64,000 nucleotides of DNA from Vermamoeba vermiformis (taxonomy: Eukaryota): contig JBEWZL010000302.1 in assembly GCA_045837725.1 (NCBI GenBank), positions 124,001 through 188,000 of the forward strand. The letters run 5' to 3'. The position numbers and the translations under genes were made by a program. Every line of letters starts with the position of its first letter. Position 1 is the stretch's first letter. Under the pieces are notes generated by a model that was not told the DNA's origin, made no database searches, and saw nothing but the letters and a program-made list of their open reading frames with translations. Shown here piece after piece: positions 1 to 12,175 of the stretch.

Positions 1-26
1 AAAGTGTTGACATTTTGTTTTCGTAG

Positions 27-2684
27 TTGCACATCAATGGTTTGGCAATCTTGTGACAATGGAGTGGTGGCGCGAGTTGTGGCTCAACGAAGGATTTGCG
101 ACGTACATGGGCCATCAAGTCATTCACGATTTGTTTCCGAATTGGAACGTGTGGGGTCACTTTTCAACCAAGTACTACGTCAAGTAAGATATCTAATCTC
201 ATTATAATATATAATTTTGTGTACTAATGTAGTTATTATTATAGTGCGTTGCAACTGGATTCGTTGACTTCGTCACATCCGGTTGAAGTTGAGATCCAAA
301 ATTCCGCCGAGATTAGCGAGATCTTTGACGATATTTCTTATAGCAAAGGTACTACTATAATACTATACTTATTAGATAAGTCTTTATCTAACGATTTTTT
401 GCAGGTGCTGCCGTGATCCAGATGTTAGTTGCGTTCATCGGTGAAGAAGCATTTAGAAAGGGCCTGAACATTTATTTGAACCGATTTCAATATAGCAATG
501 CTAAAACAAATGATCTGTGGCAAGCATTGACTGAAGCGAGCGGTCAAAATGTTGCTAAAGTTATGAACAATTGGATTATGGAGACTGGTTATCCGTACAT
601 TAAAATCACTAAAGATCAACAAGGTAAATTTATGCAAAGATTAGTTATGAATATTCGATACTAATAGGGAAATTATGTATAGGAGGTTATGTTGTTGAAC
701 AGAATCGATATTTGCGAGTTGCGGATCCAAAAGCGAGCAACCCGATCTGGTCGTTTAATGTTAGCATTGATGATTTTAACGGTCATAAACACCTCGTTGA
801 AATTACAGGTAAAATTTCTTAGAAAAATTACGTAATTATGTAATTTTTGCTAATTGAATGGTTTTTCAGAAAGAAAAACTGGCTTGCAAAATACAAAGTG
901 CAAGTGTTTCAAATGCAATATGCGCCAAACAGGATTTTATCGCGTATTATACCCACTTGAATTCTACGAACAATTTGCAGAAGAAATTAAGCAAAACAAA
1001 GTCGAAGAACTTGATCGATTTGGGCTGCAAAGCGACGCATTTGCACTTGCAAAAGCAAATTTGCTGCCGTTCAGTACTGTTTTGGAATTAGTTCGCGCCT
1101 ACGAAAATGAAAAATCTTACCATATTTGGCAAGATTTAATTGCCGAGTTGAGCGCTCTGAGTACGGTAAGAAAAAAAATTATTTGACACGTGTCACTTTT
1201 TTAAAGCCACTAACGCGTTTTGTAGCTTTGGAATGGACAACCAACATACGATTTATATAAGAAATACGTATTAGAGCTCTTACAGCCTTCAATTAAGAGA
1301 TTGGGTCTCACACAGAAATCAACGGATTCAGATCTCGACAAACTTTTGCGTAACTTGCTCTTTTCTGCAGCGGTGAGGGCTTACATTTTCAATAATACCT
1401 TTATTAATGGATAAAATTTCACTACAGTAATTCAATTGAATATAATGGTGAGCAATCGCCGAAAGTGTCGCCGTAACTCTGTTCACAGCGATGCTAACGG
1501 TGAAGATCCACCATTATCTCCTTATTGGGGATTAAACCCCGTTTTGGTGCTCTGAAACCCCGTTAGAGAGACTATTTTGGGGTTACAGGCAACCCGTCCA
1601 ATTAATTTTACCCAGATCCGATAATTTTTATCGGGCCTAGACTTTATAAATAAGAGCTATAGGTGCACATTATACTATTATATATATATATATGTTATTA
1701 TGGTGCTAATACTTGGGCCAAGCAAGTACTTGGAGTTGCAAAACCGAGGTCTCGGAGATCTCGTGCAACGAACCGGGATTAGCGACCCCTATAGCAATAA
1801 TACCCCCTAAAACAGGGTTTTAGTAGCCTGTAACGGGGTTTCCGCCCCTGTTACCAAGTTACCGCCAAATTATATTCGATTTGGCCACCATAGTGAAATT
1901 TTATCCAATGTTAATTTATAAGGGCTTATTCGGCCACGAAGAAATCATTGCCGAGGCAAAAAGATTGTTCAAGCAGTATTTGACAGATCCGCAATCGATT
2001 CAGTCAGATCTTCGACAAACAGTCCTTAACGTTTCTATTCTTAACGGCTGCAAAGATGATTTCGAAGCACTCCTGCAAAGATTTCCTAAAGCTGAGACGG
2101 CTGAAGAAGGCAAACATATTCTCGAAGCATTGGGATACGTGCAAGATGAAATATTGCTCCATCAATTCTTAGTAAGAAAAAAAAACCAATAATAATTCTT
2201 ATTTATGTAAATTTAACTTATTTAAAGACGTACCTTTTTACTCATGGAAATGTTCGAGATCAAGATCTGGCTCCCGGCCTAATCACCGCTTCAAACTCTC
2301 CGATGGGTATATGACGTCAATTCATATTATATATTTATATACTAATAATTCTTAGGTCTTAATGTTCTTTGGAAGTTCTACAAAGATAACTGGAAAATAA
2401 TTTACGAACGCATGTCAGGCGTCGTGTTTGTGTTCTATGACTCACTAGCCTTAACACTTGGTGTAAGTATAACACTATGTATATCATAATAGCCGAGACT
2501 AACTATTGTATTATAGAACTTTAAGACGAAAGAAATGGCACAAGAGGTCCAAACTTTCTTCGCAAGTCAGCCGGTCGCGGGCATCGAACGAACAATCAGC
2601 CAAGTCATTGAAGCGATTAACGCTAAAGCAGTTCAACTAGAAAGCATTAACGATTCTCTGAACAATTGGTTCATGAAAAAATAA
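27..2684 (+). CDS. M1 family (puromycin-sensitive-like) aminopeptidase, 5'-truncated by window edge, multi-exon
   Basis: First visible exon translates [28 protein letters not shown] (end of HEXXH and the downstream zinc-ligand Glu). Later exons give [27 protein letters not shown] and an ERAP1_C-like helical tail. Stop TAA at 2682-2684. Confidence 0.93.
1409..1906. mobile_element. Non-autonomous DNA transposon (MITE), 498 bp, inside an aminopeptidase intron
   Basis: Terminal inverted repeats GGATAAAATTTCACTA / TAGTGAAATTTTATCC (16 bp perfect, about 38 bp imperfect). AAT flanks both ends (1406-1408, 1907-1909). Removing it shrinks the 550-nt intron (1373-1922) to a typical 49 nt. Confidence 0.85.
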
Positions 2685-4069
2685 ACGCGAAGATAGTTAC
2701 GAACTGACCCTAACAAATTATTTGGACAAGCATTTGTCCAATTCTTCTATTGAACACAAAACAACTAGCAACCTAATTCAAACTTCGAAAAAGCTCGCAT
2801 GAGTATTATCATATCATAATAGGTATGGGAGCTATTGAGCTGAGTAACAGCCCGGCATATTTCATTTTGATCCGACTTTGGTACGGCGTAAAAGGGTCAA
2901 AATTATATTTTAATACAATTATATTATACTTATTTTTCAATAATACTGCTGCCCAAGCTGCGGTGCCTTTTTATCTTTGATAAGGCAGTTAGTAAAACTT
3001 TTATTATTATTATTTTTAAATATTTATTCTAGACTCACTCCAGCATTTCGTTAGCATACCCAACAGAGTACGGCAGTAAGCACCTAAAAATGGATTTTTC
3101 TAAATTATTAATTTACACCAAAATATTTTGTCGATCCACTTTTCACTTTTTTCATCCTGGTGTAATACTGTTATAGGACCTTAAAATAAGCGTGGGAGAA
3201 CCATTGGCGTAAATCTCTACAAATAGAAAGATTCGGGTCTCATTCACGTCATAATCACGTTTCAAAGCTCAAAAGTTCCTTATTACTGCAGTTAGTCCCG
3301 ACCACTTAATTGGACTTTGACGGAACAATATTGCTCGGAGTCGAATATGGACGAATCGCGGTTCATGAACAAACAAGCAGTCCTAGATATTCACATCATA
3401 CTAAATTTTTGGACATCGAACAAAGCATGAGCTCGTGCATGGCAACATTTGCTTTATATAATATTTCAATACTGGTTTAATTAAGGTAAGCGATATCAAG
3501 TAGCATGTGATTTCAGCTAAAAATAGAGGCGCGATTGTGAACGTCGTGCTTCGAAATCGATTCCAGTTAAACAAGTAGCGTAACTTGGGCATTGCCATAA
3601 GATACTATAGTTAATACTTTAAATGCCTTTGAATCGAATCATCTCTACATCAATTAATATCTTTTCTAGATGAAATTTCTTTGCGCCACGCGAGATTCTC
3701 CGTCATTACTGTTGCCAAAAATAGACATAATATTGATTTAATATCGATCAAAAAAACTCCACGTACGTGCCTTTTACTATTTCAAAACATTGATTTTATG
3801 TGGATCGAAAGCAAATGTGATTTGTTATCGAAATTGCAATAAGCAGCTTGGTAGGAAATTGATAGAGTATTTAATTTTTAGGGAACATCAATTGACCGAA
3901 GGTTTGTTTAATCCATTCAATCTCGAACGGGAGATTGACAAACAGGTCACATCGTGTCAAATTGTTGACGTTCGACCAGAAATAGCAAGAAATTGAACCC
4001 TTTGGTTCACAATATTTTGTTGCATAGCATAAGTCATCGAACACAGCACCACATCGGCCCAAAAAAGTG

Positions 4070-6223
4070 ATGCATCTGCACTGTTGGAGCGTCTTCGTTG
4101 CAATTTTTATTTTACTCGCATCCATTAGCCATTCATGCGCCCAAATCACATTCTACACGGACAATGGACCAGTGACTCAGGATGTCGCGCAGCTGTTCCT
4201 CGGAAGTACGTCAAATAATTGCTGACATCCACATCTGCCGTATCTAACCGTTTCTGAAACGCAGACGACTTTGAATTAGCCGAGCCTATCATTAATTATA
4301 CGTCCATATACGTAGCGCAAGTAAATAAGGATCAAGATGTGAGTGGCTTGATTGTAATCACGCCAACAGTTAATCCGATCGAACCAACGATCCGGATTTT
4401 GCAACAGAACGGAGCTTTAGCTGTAGTCTTAGCATATGACGGTATCTGTAAGTGAAAGCACATTGATTTTTAAATGATTCAGCTTGAATTCCGTAATATT
4501 TTTGATTACGTAATGCGTGACCTTTCATCCGATTGCAATTTACGAACGGAATCGATTCGCGGCATAATATGCCAAAGACTAATTAATTGTATGATAGTGG
4601 TGCCAGGAAGAAGCTTTTTTAATGTTGATGGCTCGCAGGGAAAAGGAATAACAATCCACGCTTTCGAAGTTGGATCTCAAACTACTCCGCTCTTGTCGTC
4701 AATCTATAAATCAGCCGATACACGTGTTATAATATCGATTCAATCGACAGGTACGTTTCTATCTTTACTCTGAAAGTCCTTCGTAGTTCGTAATCCAGAA
4801 CACATCCACAAAAAAATCTATTTTATAGTCATTTTGTCTCAAAATCAGGAATTAATGACATAATTCACTATAGGCAACGTATGGGTTAGTATTCCAGAGA
4901 ACCGTAAGTACTTACTATCGATTAATGCTACAATATTAGAAAATTTTAAACTTGTTCTGATCGGAGTTCATTAAAGACATCGACATTGCTTTTTCAGTCG
5001 TAATCGGTGGTGGTGCAGCGTGGTGCGTCGGTCTTGCTATTTATAAGCTGGTATTATTCAGTAGAATTCGAGGAAAGTTTACTAGAGGGATCCCGCAAAC
5101 TTGTTTGGCCTTGCATTTGGTTGCTAACCTAAGTAAGTCCTATTATACGTTCCCTCATATTATTTTGACGTCATGGACGTGCCACTACAAAGTCCTAATG
5201 CAATTCAAATGAAGATCCAAAATTTCCTTTTATGGCAAAATTACAGTTTCATTATTTATGCAGTTTTCGACCTAATTTCGGTTCATTATTCGATTTATTG
5301 CCTAATTTAATATATCTCAGTTCGCTTAATCTACATGACGGTTGATCCGCTTGGATTTAGAAGAATATGGACCTACTACGCAGACAATATTCTCTACACC
5401 ATTACGGACCCTATAACTATCGTAGCTTCGTTGCTAATGAGCCTCTACTGGTAATTAGACCTCTTTTTATTTTTCCGATCTATTACAAAAATTAATAACG
5501 AAATTACTGCCGTAGGGTCGAAGCAATGACCAGCGCTTCGTTAGTAGTATACCCCGGTCTTAAGAAAATGAAGACACCATTTATTATATTCAGCATTGGC
5601 CTTGGTGTTCTCGAAATTGTTTGCGACGTTGTTCGATCCGTTGGTGTTGGTACGTAACTCCATTTAAAACAAGCTTGATATGTATCATAATAATATTATT
5701 TATGTACTATATAATATTTTATAACGATATGAGCTCATTTTTTGTCAATTAGTTGGCGCCAGCTTGACTGTCATGATCTCGGTGGTGATCTACCTTATTA
5801 CAATTGCCGGAATGTGCATATTCTATTTAATAGCATCAGTGCTCATTCTTAAGAGAATGAAAGCGAGTCAAACGGTCAGCAATAGAACTAATTTCTTGAA
5901 GCGCGTACGTACATCCGAAAAAATGCGAAATTGGATCTGACTTTAAATTGCTTTAGGTCACGTGGCTTATTATCGCTAGTGTTATATGCTTCTGGATCTT
6001 CTTTTTCTGCGTGGTTGCATTCACTTTTGCGGCAGTTGCGGGTACTCTTGCCGGATGGTTCACCATCAACTTCGTGTCCATGTTGGCGTTCATAGGAGTA
6101 TCTACTTGTCAAATATTAGTGTTCAATCCTCGAGCCTCGAAGTCTAGTACGAGCTCTATTGGTCGAAAAGAGTATTCTGAGAATACGCAGAGCACTGCCA
6201 TGACGACAATCAAGGCGGTTTAA
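4070..6223 (+). CDS. Signal peptide + PA-like ectodomain + about 7 TM helices (GPCR-like membrane protein), multi-exon
   Basis: Manual splicing gives MHLHCWSVFVAIFILLASISHSCAQ (signal peptide), then IRILQQNGALAVVLAYD...VPG (PA-domain-like), then about 7 hydrophobic segments and a Ser/Thr tail ending IKAV*. Confidence 0.7.
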
Positions 6224-7280
6224 CGGATCCAACATAACACAAATTATTCACCTGTAAAATAGAATCAAAAGGAGCTATGTACAATAAATAAGCAAATACA
6301 TGAATTAGGTTGTCAGATGCACCATATTATACGATTCATCTTTTCGGGATCTCGAGATTATTATTGTTACTAGTAACGTTTGAGTCTTTGCGAGGATGGC
6401 ATAGCAGACACATCGGTAATGAGGCCTGCCTCGCTCATATTAAAATAAATATTGTTTTTTTGTTTCTGCGCCATCAATACCCCGAACATTTATCAACTTT
6501 ATTCATGGACTCGTATCGATGTGATATCCTTGAAGACCACTACTACTTCATTCATTCGATTAGATTTACTCTCGGGAGGGGATCAGCACTAGATTTTCCT
6601 TCTCCCGAGGACCATTCTTAGTCGGATCTCAAAATTCTGCAATAGTCGTAGCAGCATGTTTGAGTGCCCAACAATATTGTAACTAATTTTTTTAGTAAAC
6701 ACTGTTCTCCGTACCCTTTTGGAGCAACCCTGAGTTCAGGGTTCGAGAACAAAGTGCACCGCCGGGTGAATGGCTGTGGATCATGTACTATTAGTAGTGC
6801 TGCTGCCCTCCTTTCCAATGCTCCTATGAGTCAATAACACTTATCATTACTGCTCTATCGTTCCGCTAAACCTACTCGCTCAGCGGATCATCTTTACGGT
6901 TGGTCAACTTAGTCAAAGTCTTTGGTCGAGCGGTCCAGCACCGGATCGATCACCTGGGGCCTACTAAGGCTAATAGTTACCTCCGTAGATATCAAACAAA
7001 AAATACTCGGATCTGTAAGCAGAGACTCTTACCCCAGCTCGCACCTTCAAGACTTACACTAAAAGTTCTAAATCTATCAAAATATCAGAAGCAAATCGGG
7101 ATGTTCTAGAACGTGTTGCCTATGCAGTTAACGTCTTCATGTCACATGCCTTGTGTTCGAAGAAATCACGAGGTCTTTGACCAAAGTTTGACCGGCGAAA
7201 AGATAAATATTCTCGAGAACGACCAACAGTTCAATAACAACAACCAAACAACAACACAAGCGAACAAAAACAAACACAAA

Positions 7281-7973
7281 ATGCAAATTTTCGTTAAAAC
7301 ACTTACTGGACGCACTATTACTTTGGATGTCGAAGCCAGCGACTCCGTCGAACAGATCAAGCAGAAGCTCCAAGACAAAGAAGGCATTCCTGGCGATCAA
7401 CAACGCTTAATCTTCGCTGGCAAGCAATTGGAAGATGGTCGTACTCTCTCTGACTACAACGTGCAGAAGGACAGCACTTTACATTTGGTCCTCCGTTTGC
7501 GTGGTGGCATGCAGATCTTCGTCAAGACTTTGACTGGTAAAACCATCACTTTGGATGTCGAAGCAAGCGATACTGTTGAGCAAATTAAGCAGAAGATCCA
7601 CGATAAAGAAGGCATTCCTGGCGATCAACAACGATTAATCTTCGCTGGCAAACAACTCGAAGATGGTCGTACTCTCTCAGATTATAATATCCAAAAGGAC
7701 AACACCCTCCACTTAGTTCTTCGCTTGCGTGGTGGCATGCAGATCTTCGTCAAGACTTTGACTGGCAAAACCATCACTTTGGATGTCGAAGCAAGCGATA
7801 CTGTTGAGCAAATCAAGCAGAAGATCCAAGACAAAGAAGGCATTCCCGGTGATCAACAGCGTTTGATCTTTGCCGGCAAACAACTCGAAGATAGTCGCAC
7901 TCTCTCCGACTACAACGTGCAGAAGGACAGCACTTTACATTTGGTCCTTCGTTTGCGCGGTGGAGCTTTCTAA
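7281..7973 (+). CDS. Polyubiquitin, three non-identical divergent units plus AF extension
   Basis: Three head-to-tail 76-aa [10 protein letters not shown]...LRLRGG units, intronless. ATG at 7281 follows an A-rich leader. Confidence 0.97.
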   Translation: MQIFVKTLTGRTITLDVEASDSVEQIKQKLQDKEGIPGDQQRLIFAGKQLEDGRTLSDYNVQKDSTLHLVLRLRGGMQIFVKTLTGKTITLDVEASDTVEQIKQKIHDKEGIPGDQQRLIFAGKQLEDGRTLSDYNIQKDNTLHLVLRLRGGMQIFVKTLTGKTITLDVEASDTVEQIKQKIQDKEGIPGDQQRLIFAGKQLEDSRTLSDYNVQKDSTLHLVLRLRGGAF

Positions 7974-8294
7974 CCAACTTCCCTCCTATAATGAATGTAA
8001 ATAAACCTTGATTGATCCTATCATTTTCTTATCCAAGTCGATCTACTAAGTACGTCAATTAGTTACTTCAGCGACACTATTGAGTAGTGCACCTTAGATG
8101 TAGCATCTGAAAAGCAAATATTAGGCTTAGTTTTACGCACATGAAGATCCAAACTTACTCTAACATTAGTCAATTCCCGATCTTGCCTTGGACGTGGTGA
8201 TAACATATATTATCTTTAGTCTAAAAAGTATACTTTATAAATACAAGTTTTGATCTCGAAAGCGAGATCTGCACAGCTTACATACGCCGTTGAA

Positions 8295-9210
8295 TTATTT
8301 TTTCTTTTTCTGATCTTGAGGGTGACGCACCTCAGGAAGGTCTCTGTGCTTAGGCTTCATCATAATAGGTTGTTTCGGAGGTCTCGTCGTCAATCGATCG
8401 GTACCCAAATTAGGCAATACCTTCTCCAACACATTGACAAAAATCTTTCGGATCTCGTCCTTTTGATCGTAGTCCTGTAAGTGCGCAAAAGAAATATGAT
8501 GTTCTGCAGCGAATTTTGAGACCTTTTCGAGGTTTTTTGACTTTCCTACTGCAACGAGAACGATAGGCAACGCATCAGCAGTCGTCTTCTGAAAGCTAAA
8601 AAAAAAGTTTAGCCACATCCGGATTCAATTTCGAACCGTTACGCATAAAATTGAATTAACTGCACATAATTATAGTATTATGTAACTTACTTTAGAATGT
8701 ATTGCAAATTGGTCGCGTACTCTGTCGCCGAGAAGTGCTTCGGATCGGCAAGCAGGATGTAAGCGTCGCATGAGACGAAGCGAAATTCGGTTGCAAAGTC
8801 AGGTGACTCATAAATATCAAATTCGATATTTTGGCCGTTAACTTGAGCCGCTGCCCTGTTTGCCAAGGATCAATAAATAAAAAACAAAGTCGAGAGAAAT
8901 AATTAAACAATTATCGTAAAATATTAAAATAAATGCAAGTTGAATAATTTGTAAAAACTAACGTAATTTTAAAGAACGTATTTGCGTTCGGAAAATGGGA
9001 ATTCAAATTTAAATTGACTAAGCAAAGACTTACTCTGTAAAGTCTGTTTTCATCGTTCTACCCATAATCATAGGATCGTAACTGTCCATAGCACCAACAA
9101 TTTTGTAATTGGCTACGCAGTAACGTAAGTACGGCCGAACCTAGCTCTCGATCGTTACTGAATAACTTACCTGTATGGGCGCGATCTCCTTCAACTGCTA
9201 TCTTTATCAT
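8295..9210 (-). CDS. Degenerate Ras-superfamily small GTPase-like protein (probable pseudoGTPase), 4 exons
   Basis: Exons 9210-9171, 9112-9034, 8855-8691 and 8595-8295 join in frame with GT-AG introns: MIKIAVEGDRAHTANY...SYDPMI...QVNGQNIEFDIYES...CDAYILL...LPIVLVAVGKS...EIRKIF...QKKKK*. Confidence 0.72.
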
Positions 9211-9570
9211 TGTGTTATATTATATTAACGTTTATTTAGCAAAACAAAGCTCGCTCTGGCCTTTTTTTAATAAACTTGTAGCCTCTCCGCTGGCGATATG
9301 TCCAAAACGAAAGGACATACTGAGCAATTGTAGCAACTTCCGCTATAGTCAATACTAGCTATCGTTGCGACTTAATTCCATGCCAGTCTAGTAGACTCCT
9401 TCAGCACTTCGTTGCACGCTGCGTCCCGAAAAGCTCATCTGATCGGCTTCGCAACTCTGAGAGCTATTGTTCGTCGAACTTCAGCTTCTATCTCTTCTTC
9501 TAGGCTAACTCTTCCATTATTGATCTGAAATCCATTCTTCTTCTTAATATTCTAAGCAATAAAGTAACTC

Positions 9571-11672
9571 TTAGGCACCGAAGCTGAGAGCTTGTAGCGG
9601 CAAGCCACTCTTGTCAGAGTTGTAATTGTGTCTTCGTCTGCAGCCCTTGCAAACAAGGAACCGATAAGGCGTCCAATCCGTGCCAAAGACGAATAAATTG
9701 ACCCAACCACTCAACGAAGCGGATATGCTGAGACCAATTCTTGCTCCGAAGGTTTGAGGGTCAGGAATGCCCAAATTCGCTAGAGCAATGCCTCTAATTC
9801 GAATAATCTGCGCCAATAAGATTGTCACAAGGTACAAAGCCAAAAAAATAATGAGTCTTAAGTTCAGACCACGGATTCGGACTTTCATTACGTTGTCGTT
9901 GCTGTTTCTAGACTAAAATGGAATAATAAGTCAATATATTGCGATGAACGATTAGCTAAAATAAAAAATATTGCAATCTTAATGAGAAAAATTTTGAGCG
10001 TCGTACTAGATCCAGATCTTTATACCTCATATTACGATTGAAATGATTAAATTAGCTTATTTATAATATGTATATATATTATTAAATCATTAATGTATGC
10101 AGAACATGAAATTACAAAGCTATAAGACCTCGAATACTTACAGTTCGCAGATGGTGCAAAGTGATCGCGAGTAACACAGCTGTGACGACGCACATGCCAA
10201 CAACCCAAATAATATGCGTGCATAATAACCATAGTCCATGATCAGACGCACTAATGTAGCACCAAAGTCCGGATGGGCCGTACTTTCCAGCAATCAAATT
10301 CACTAATTGTTCAGAATCGGTTAGCACAACTTAAAACACTATAGATTGACAATAAATACTATCGCGTTGCGATATGATAATTATATTTTGCGTTATAATT
10401 GACGTGAATGCTGTCGGATCCGTTTCGTTACAAAACAATGAAACTAACCACGACAACCAATATCTCGACAGCACTTATAATACATGGAATAGATTTGATT
10501 TGATTTAATATCGAACTAGTTTTGTTTTGAAATGTGCCAATGGCATGTCACAAATAAATAAAAACTTTCCTAATAAAGGAAAAACTTCGGATATTTGCAG
10601 CAAAGCAATTAAAGAACCAATTCGTGAACAAAATAATTTGCACAGATGACGTAGATCATACGTAGCATTATTGCGTGTTATTTCCAGCCATTCAATTTGA
10701 TTCAATTTCAACCGTATTTCTAAATCTGGAACTTACCTAATACTGGGGCGATCGGAACAACGAATCCGATCATTAGATATTGTACTTGTTGTCTATATGG
10801 GTTCAATGAAGTCGGTTTTTGCAAAATTAGACGATAAAGCTGTAAATAAACGTTTAGGAAATAAAATCCACGAACAATTACCAAAGTAGTACTTGACACT
10901 TACCGAAATAGTCAATATCATCACCCATATAGTCCACGATAAGTATCCATAGTGCGCGAAGATAGCTTATAATTTTAAAAATAAAATCAGTTCCAGTACA
11001 TCCAAGATAAAAATTCGATTGAAATCTCAAACGTAGAATTGCACGCCAATCGATCAAAAAACATTGCTTCTAAAATATATTATACTGCCATCTTTTTATT
11101 ATAAGTATGATTAAGTTCTCGCTTACCTTGGAGAGTGCATAACGGGCTTGGTACGCGATCCAAAGCTGGATGGCCCGCTATGAGACCAAAAGGAACGCCA
11201 AAACTAGAATATAATTACTTTAGTGAGATGTTCTATAATGAAAACAATAGCAGCCTCGAAGCTGAATCAACACAAAAGTCAGAAAACACAGATTTACAAA
11301 GTTGTGCGGTAAAAGTTGTGTCATATTATTAAAGTCGATTGTCAATAGCAATTATGATTCGATTATAGTATAGTCTGTTCCATTTGATGAAAAAACTCCG
11401 GAACGCTGATCGAGGCAAAAAATAAATTAAAATTTAAATAGACCTACCTTGCTATGCAAACAGCGATAAAAGAAAATAAGAATATAGATGAAGGATACTT
11501 TCTCGATCGTTTATCAAGTCTGCAAGATTGATTAGATGATTATTCGTGAAAAGCAACTTTTTTCTTACGCGTATCCGATCCCAATTAATACATTGAGTCC
11601 AAATGACGTCCAGCTGAGTGCGTCAGTAATTTGTAATAATAATAAATCTTCTTCTGTTGGTCCAGTGGCCAT
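9571..11672 (-). CDS. cAMP-receptor-like (CAR/Crl class) 7TM GPCR, multi-exon
   Basis: Spliced segments KYPSSIFLFSFIA, PLCTLQ (start of TM3), YGPSGLWCYI (ECL2 motif of the cAR/GCR1 family) and SLSGWVNLFVFG (TM7). Confidence 0.8.
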
Positions 11673-12175
11673 TTTGAATATTTTTTTTGTTTTTCAGAAT
11701 TAAAACTGCTTTTTAACTGCTTGCGTAACTTGCGCGATCAATTAAAATCGCAAATAATAATTGCCTCGTGAGTGTTACGCAGTTACGCGGTCAACATTAA
11801 TGAAGCCGCTGAATTATTTTCCGTTTTTATAACGTTGCACGTGAGTGTGGTCCTGATCCATAAATAATGTGAACCTGCGGTAGTTTAGTTACGACCATTA
11901 TTTAAATTGTATATGCAGCTACTATTCTCGAGAATAAGAACGGCGAACCATCGCCACGGTTTTCCTAAAAGTTGGCAAATCCGTGAATCTGCTCAACCGC
12001 CTTCCAATTAGGCCCTTCAACCAATGATAATCGTTGGAATTGATGCAAGACTCAATATTATCCGATTATTTGTATCGAGATCTGCGGGCAATGTTTCAGA
12101 ACCCTTTTGAGCTCGGAGATTTTCTTGCTATTTGGAAACTTTTTTGAATAACAACGCAATAACTTGTACATAACT

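Noticed and set aside
3769-3780. GCCTTTTACTA resembling U5 snRNA loop 1
   Set aside because: No closing stem or Sm site around it.
7101-7115. TTCTAGAA heat-shock-element-like site upstream of polyubiquitin
   Set aside because: Only two nGAAn units, too weak to call without data.
7113-7280. N-terminal extension of polyubiquitin in the ORF track
   Set aside because: It starts at GTG and runs through an A/C-rich 5' leader. The real start is ATG at 7281. There are also no Rhizaria-type insertions at the monomer junctions.
9240-9536. Minus-strand frame MDFRSIMEELA*KKR*KLKFDEQ*LSEL, suggesting TAG-to-Gln reassignment
   Set aside because: Well-conserved genes here have no in-frame TAG, several end in TAG, and this frame also hits TGA. 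Treated as UTR/intergenic sequence.
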